DNA of 63,453 bases, counting the filler. It is 3 parts of 3 records of this genome, joined end to end, with 100 filler letters (N's around TTAATTAATTAA, not from the genome) between each part and the next. Parts side by side here need not be neighbours in the genome. Positions count along the whole stretch, not along the records: positions 58,196 to 63,453 come from SRR22947727_2517; 2 more parts are not named here. One strand, 5' to 3'. Below the pieces are notes generated by a model, which was not told where the DNA came from, ran no database searches, and worked only from the letters and a program-made list of their open reading frames with translations. The position numbers and the translations under genes are program-made. Of the stretch, positions 60,869 to 63,453 are shown one piece after another (the first letter of the stretch is position 1; the number at the start of each line of letters is the position of its first letter).

Positions 60869-61719
60869 TGGCATTTTTACAAACCACATACGAGAAAAAA
60901 TCTTTTTGGACCACTGCTTTTATTCTATTAGCGGTGTTGTTACTCCTTTTTTTTGCAGGTCTTAGGTACCTAGATCCGCCGCCAGAAAATGGCATACTCA
61001 TTGCTTTTGGAAATACAGATCCCGGTAATAGTTTAACGCTATCACCTCCAATACAAGCCACTACAGAAGAAACAATTGTACCTGAGATGAATGCAGCTAC
61101 AGAAGTAAAAGAAGTAATGGTAGAGGAAGTGGTTTCAGAAGCACTAGAAGAAGTTTTAACTACAGCAGATTCCGAGCTAGTTCTTCCCAAAGAGCTCGCT
61201 GAAAAAGCGGCCGAATCAGTGCCAGAAAAAGTGCCCGAAACAGTCCCAGAAAAAATACCAGAGAAAGTAATCCAACAGGCATCGGCCGCTACAAAAGCGG
61301 CCCTGGCAAATATTTTAGGCGCTAAAGAAGCCCAAGGGTCAGGTAAGGGAAATGGCGAAAAATCTGCCAATCAAGGACTTTCTGATGGATCTAAGTATGC
61401 GAATTCATTTTATGGCAGTACTACAGGAGAAGTTCAAGGCTTTGGCTTTGGATTGGCAGGTAGAAGTTTGGCTTCTAAAGGATCTGTAACACCTGATTGC
61501 AACGAAGAGGGCAGGGTGGTTGTGGCTATTACGGTGGACAGGTCAGGAAAAGTAATTGCTGCAGATCCGGGAGTGAAAGGCTCTACCAACAACGCCCCCT
61601 GCCTTTTAGCCCCTGCCAAAGCGACTGCATTTATGTATCAGTGGGCCCCAGATGTTGAGGCTCCTGAAAAGCAAATTGGTTTTGTAGTCATTAATTTTAA
61701 GCTGGGAGGGCAACAGTAA
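60868..61719 (+). CDS. TonB-like energy transducer
   Basis: N-terminal anchor, E/P/K-rich spacer, C-terminal GRVVVAITVDRSGKV domain; follows exbBD. Confidence 0.85.
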   Translation: MAFLQTTYEKKSFWTTAFILLAVLLLLFFAGLRYLDPPPENGILIAFGNTDPGNSLTLSPPIQATTEETIVPEMNAATEVKEVMVEEVVSEALEEVLTTADSELVLPKELAEKAAESVPEKVPETVPEKIPEKVIQQASAATKAALANILGAKEAQGSGKGNGEKSANQGLSDGSKYANSFYGSTTGEVQGFGFGLAGRSLASKGSVTPDCNEEGRVVVAITVDRSGKVIAADPGVKGSTNNAPCLLAPAKATAFMYQWAPDVEAPEKQIGFVVINFKLGGQQ

Positions 61720-62930
61720 TGAATTACACAGAAGCCACTCAATGGTTGTTTGACCAATTACCTATGTACCAGCAAAAAGGGGCTGTGGCCCTTAATGCTA
61801 AATTAGACGGGATTACACATTTTTGTGCTTACTTGGGAGAGCCACACCAAAAATTTAAAAGCATTCATGTGGCTGGCACTAATGGAAAGGGATCTTCTTC
61901 TCATATGTTGGCCGCTATTTTACAAGAAGCAGGTTATAAGGTAGGGCTATATACCTCACCACATTTAAAAGACTTTAGAGAGCGTATTAAAATAAATGGT
62001 CTTGAAATTTCTGAGGATGAAGTGGTCTCTTTTGTGTTGAATCACAAAGATTATATGAGCCAAAATGCCCTGTCTTTTTTTGAAATGACTGTGGCTATGG
62101 CATTTGATTTTTTTGCATCAGCTAGGGTAGACATTGCCATTATAGAAGTAGGCCTTGGAGGGCGTTTAGACGCCACCAACATTATTAAACCTGAAGTCTC
62201 GTTAATTACCAATATTGGTTTTGATCATATGGACTTGTTGGGCAATACGCTCGCTCAAATTGCCATTGAAAAAGCTGGAATTATAAAGCCTAGCGTTCCT
62301 GTGGTCATTAGTGAGTGGCATAGGGACACAGAAGCTGCTTTTAAGGCAAAATCTGCTGCTGTAGGCGCGCCCATTTATTTTGCTAGTGATCTTATTGAAA
62401 AGCAGTATTTAACGGATTTAAAAGGCGCTTATCAAGAAAAAAACACAAAAGGTGTTGTTGCTGCCTTAAGGCATTTGTCAGGATTTAATGTTACCTCTAA
62501 TCATATTAAGATGGGTTTGTCTAATGTGGTTGGTCTGACGGGATTATTAGGTAGGTGGCAGGTGTTACAACACAAACCACTTGTCATTGCAGATACGGCG
62601 CATAATGAAGCGGGTATTTCAATAGTGGTAAAGCAACTTTTAAAGACCCCCCACAAACGCCTTCACATGGTGTTGGGTTTTGTGAAAGACAAGGATTTAA
62701 ATACTATTTTACCTTTGCTGCCTGTAGATGCCTTGTATTATATTGCTGCGCCAGCCATTCAAAGGGGCTTAGATCCTTTGGTTTTTATTGAACAAGCAAA
62801 ACGGTACAATCTTTTTTGCAACCACTATGAATCTGTAAATGAAGCCTTTAAAGCGGCAAAAAAGCAAGCTAAAAAAGAAGACTTGGTTTTTATTGGAGGA
62901 AGTAATTTTGTAGTGGCTGAGGTGGTTTAA
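61719..62930 (+). CDS. folC: Folylpolyglutamate synthase/dihydrofolate synthase
   Basis: HVAGTNGKGS, YTSPHL, EVGLGGRLDATN, DTAHN. Confidence 0.96.
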   Translation: MNYTEATQWLFDQLPMYQQKGAVALNAKLDGITHFCAYLGEPHQKFKSIHVAGTNGKGSSSHMLAAILQEAGYKVGLYTSPHLKDFRERIKINGLEISEDEVVSFVLNHKDYMSQNALSFFEMTVAMAFDFFASARVDIAIIEVGLGGRLDATNIIKPEVSLITNIGFDHMDLLGNTLAQIAIEKAGIIKPSVPVVISEWHRDTEAAFKAKSAAVGAPIYFASDLIEKQYLTDLKGAYQEKNTKGVVAALRHLSGFNVTSNHIKMGLSNVVGLTGLLGRWQVLQHKPLVIADTAHNEAGISIVVKQLLKTPHKRLHMVLGFVKDKDLNTILPLLPVDALYYIAAPAIQRGLDPLVFIEQAKRYNLFCNHYESVNEAFKAAKKQAKKEDLVFIGGSNFVVAEVV

Positions 62931-63016
62931 AAAAATGCATCTTTTTTTATTTTTTTCTTTTGGGAACTAAAAAACAATCCTATATTTGCACTCGCTTCTG
63001 CAAAGGAGTAAAGTAA

Positions 63017-63091
63017 GGGCCCTTAGCTCAGCTGGTTCAGAGCACCTGCCTTACAAGCAGGGGGTCACTGGTTCGAACCCAGTAGGGCCCA
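63017..63091 (+). tRNA. tRNA-Val(TAC)
   Basis: GGGCCCT/AGGGCCC acceptor stem, CCTGC-CTTACAA-GCAGG anticodon arm, GGTTCGAACC T-loop; TATATTTG element at 62981-62988. Confidence 0.97.
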
Positions 63092-63092
63092 C

Positions 63093-63124
63093 AAAAAGCC
63101 CCTCATTTATGAGGGGCTTTTTTT
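63093..63124. terminator. Intrinsic terminator after tRNA-Val
   Basis: AAAAAGCCCCTCAT TT ATGAGGGGCTTTTTTT. Confidence 0.9.
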
Positions 63125-63333
63125 ATACCCAAAAGTCACTTAATCCCCGGTTTTGAGCAGTTGGTCTGAATTTTTGGCCTTGGAGGGGATTGGATAACTC
63201 ACAATAAATTTCACACCTAAATTTACCATTTTTTAGTTTAAAATGCAATTACTGGCAGTGGTGAGGCAGTTAATTTTGCATTAAACTCTCATACACTTCC
63301 TTAATCAGCTTATTGACCTCATCAATAGTGTCA

Positions 63334-63453
63334 TCAAACCATTGGCATATCTTCTTCAACCAACTCACTTACTTCCAGTCCTCTTAGATAGGTTAAACTA
63401 ACAGCTAAAGAGCTATGTCCTAAAGCCTTTTGTAGTTTACTTAGAGACCCTGT
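63334..63453 (-). CDS. C-terminal end of a tyrosine recombinase/integrase (runs off the window)
   Basis: Manual translation TGSLSKLQKALGHSSLAVSLTYLRGLEVSELVEEDMPMV*; LGH-x8-Y box II with the catalytic Tyr. Confidence 0.8.
   Translation of the reverse strand, partial: TGSLSKLQKALGHSSLAVSLTYLRGLEVSELVEEDMPMV

Noticed and set aside
61219-61266. Degenerate 12-nt tandem repeats
   Set aside because: They encode the ordinary VPEK-type spacer of TonB; not CRISPR-like. I saw no CRISPR array in the window.
63140-63229. 29-aa minus-strand ORF between tRNA-Val and the integrase
   Set aside because: Too short, no motif, no independent support.

Overview
The window is three contigs joined by two identical artificial 100-nt spacers (44 N + TTAATTAATTAA + 44 N, at 30933-31032 and 58096-58195). 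Segments 1-30932 and 58196-63453 are flavobacterial (Bacteroidota) core genome. They carry TAnnTTTG promoters and a tmRNA with tag GENNYALAA. Genes include proS, folE, cysS, lgt, secDF, mdh, gyrB, asnB, typA, kdsA, nhaD-exbB-exbD-tonB-folC, a partial tRNA-Glu and tRNA-Val. The end of a tyrosine integrase, missed by the ORF track, faces tRNA-Val. The middle segment (31033-58095) is visibly more AT-rich and looks betaproteobacterial (ndk-rlmN-ispG, possibly a streamlined OM43/Methylophilaceae-like organism), so the window is probably chimeric. That contig holds a mosaic surface-glycan locus with two parts. The first is an E. coli O145-like wzy-[GT]-wbuXYZ-fnlABC-wbuB block for L-FucNAm. The second is rfbFGH (ddhABC) followed by gtrA, gtrB, a plant-type cystathionine gamma-synthase-like enzyme, a YerE-like ThDP enzyme, an SDR and a class I aminotransferase. 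I interpret the second part as a candidate pathway for a C4-branched 3,6-dideoxy sugar with an amino-acid-derived side chain. An unannotated, frameshifted relic of a second rfbH marks where the modules were joined. All family calls come from motif recognition by eye; no searches were run.
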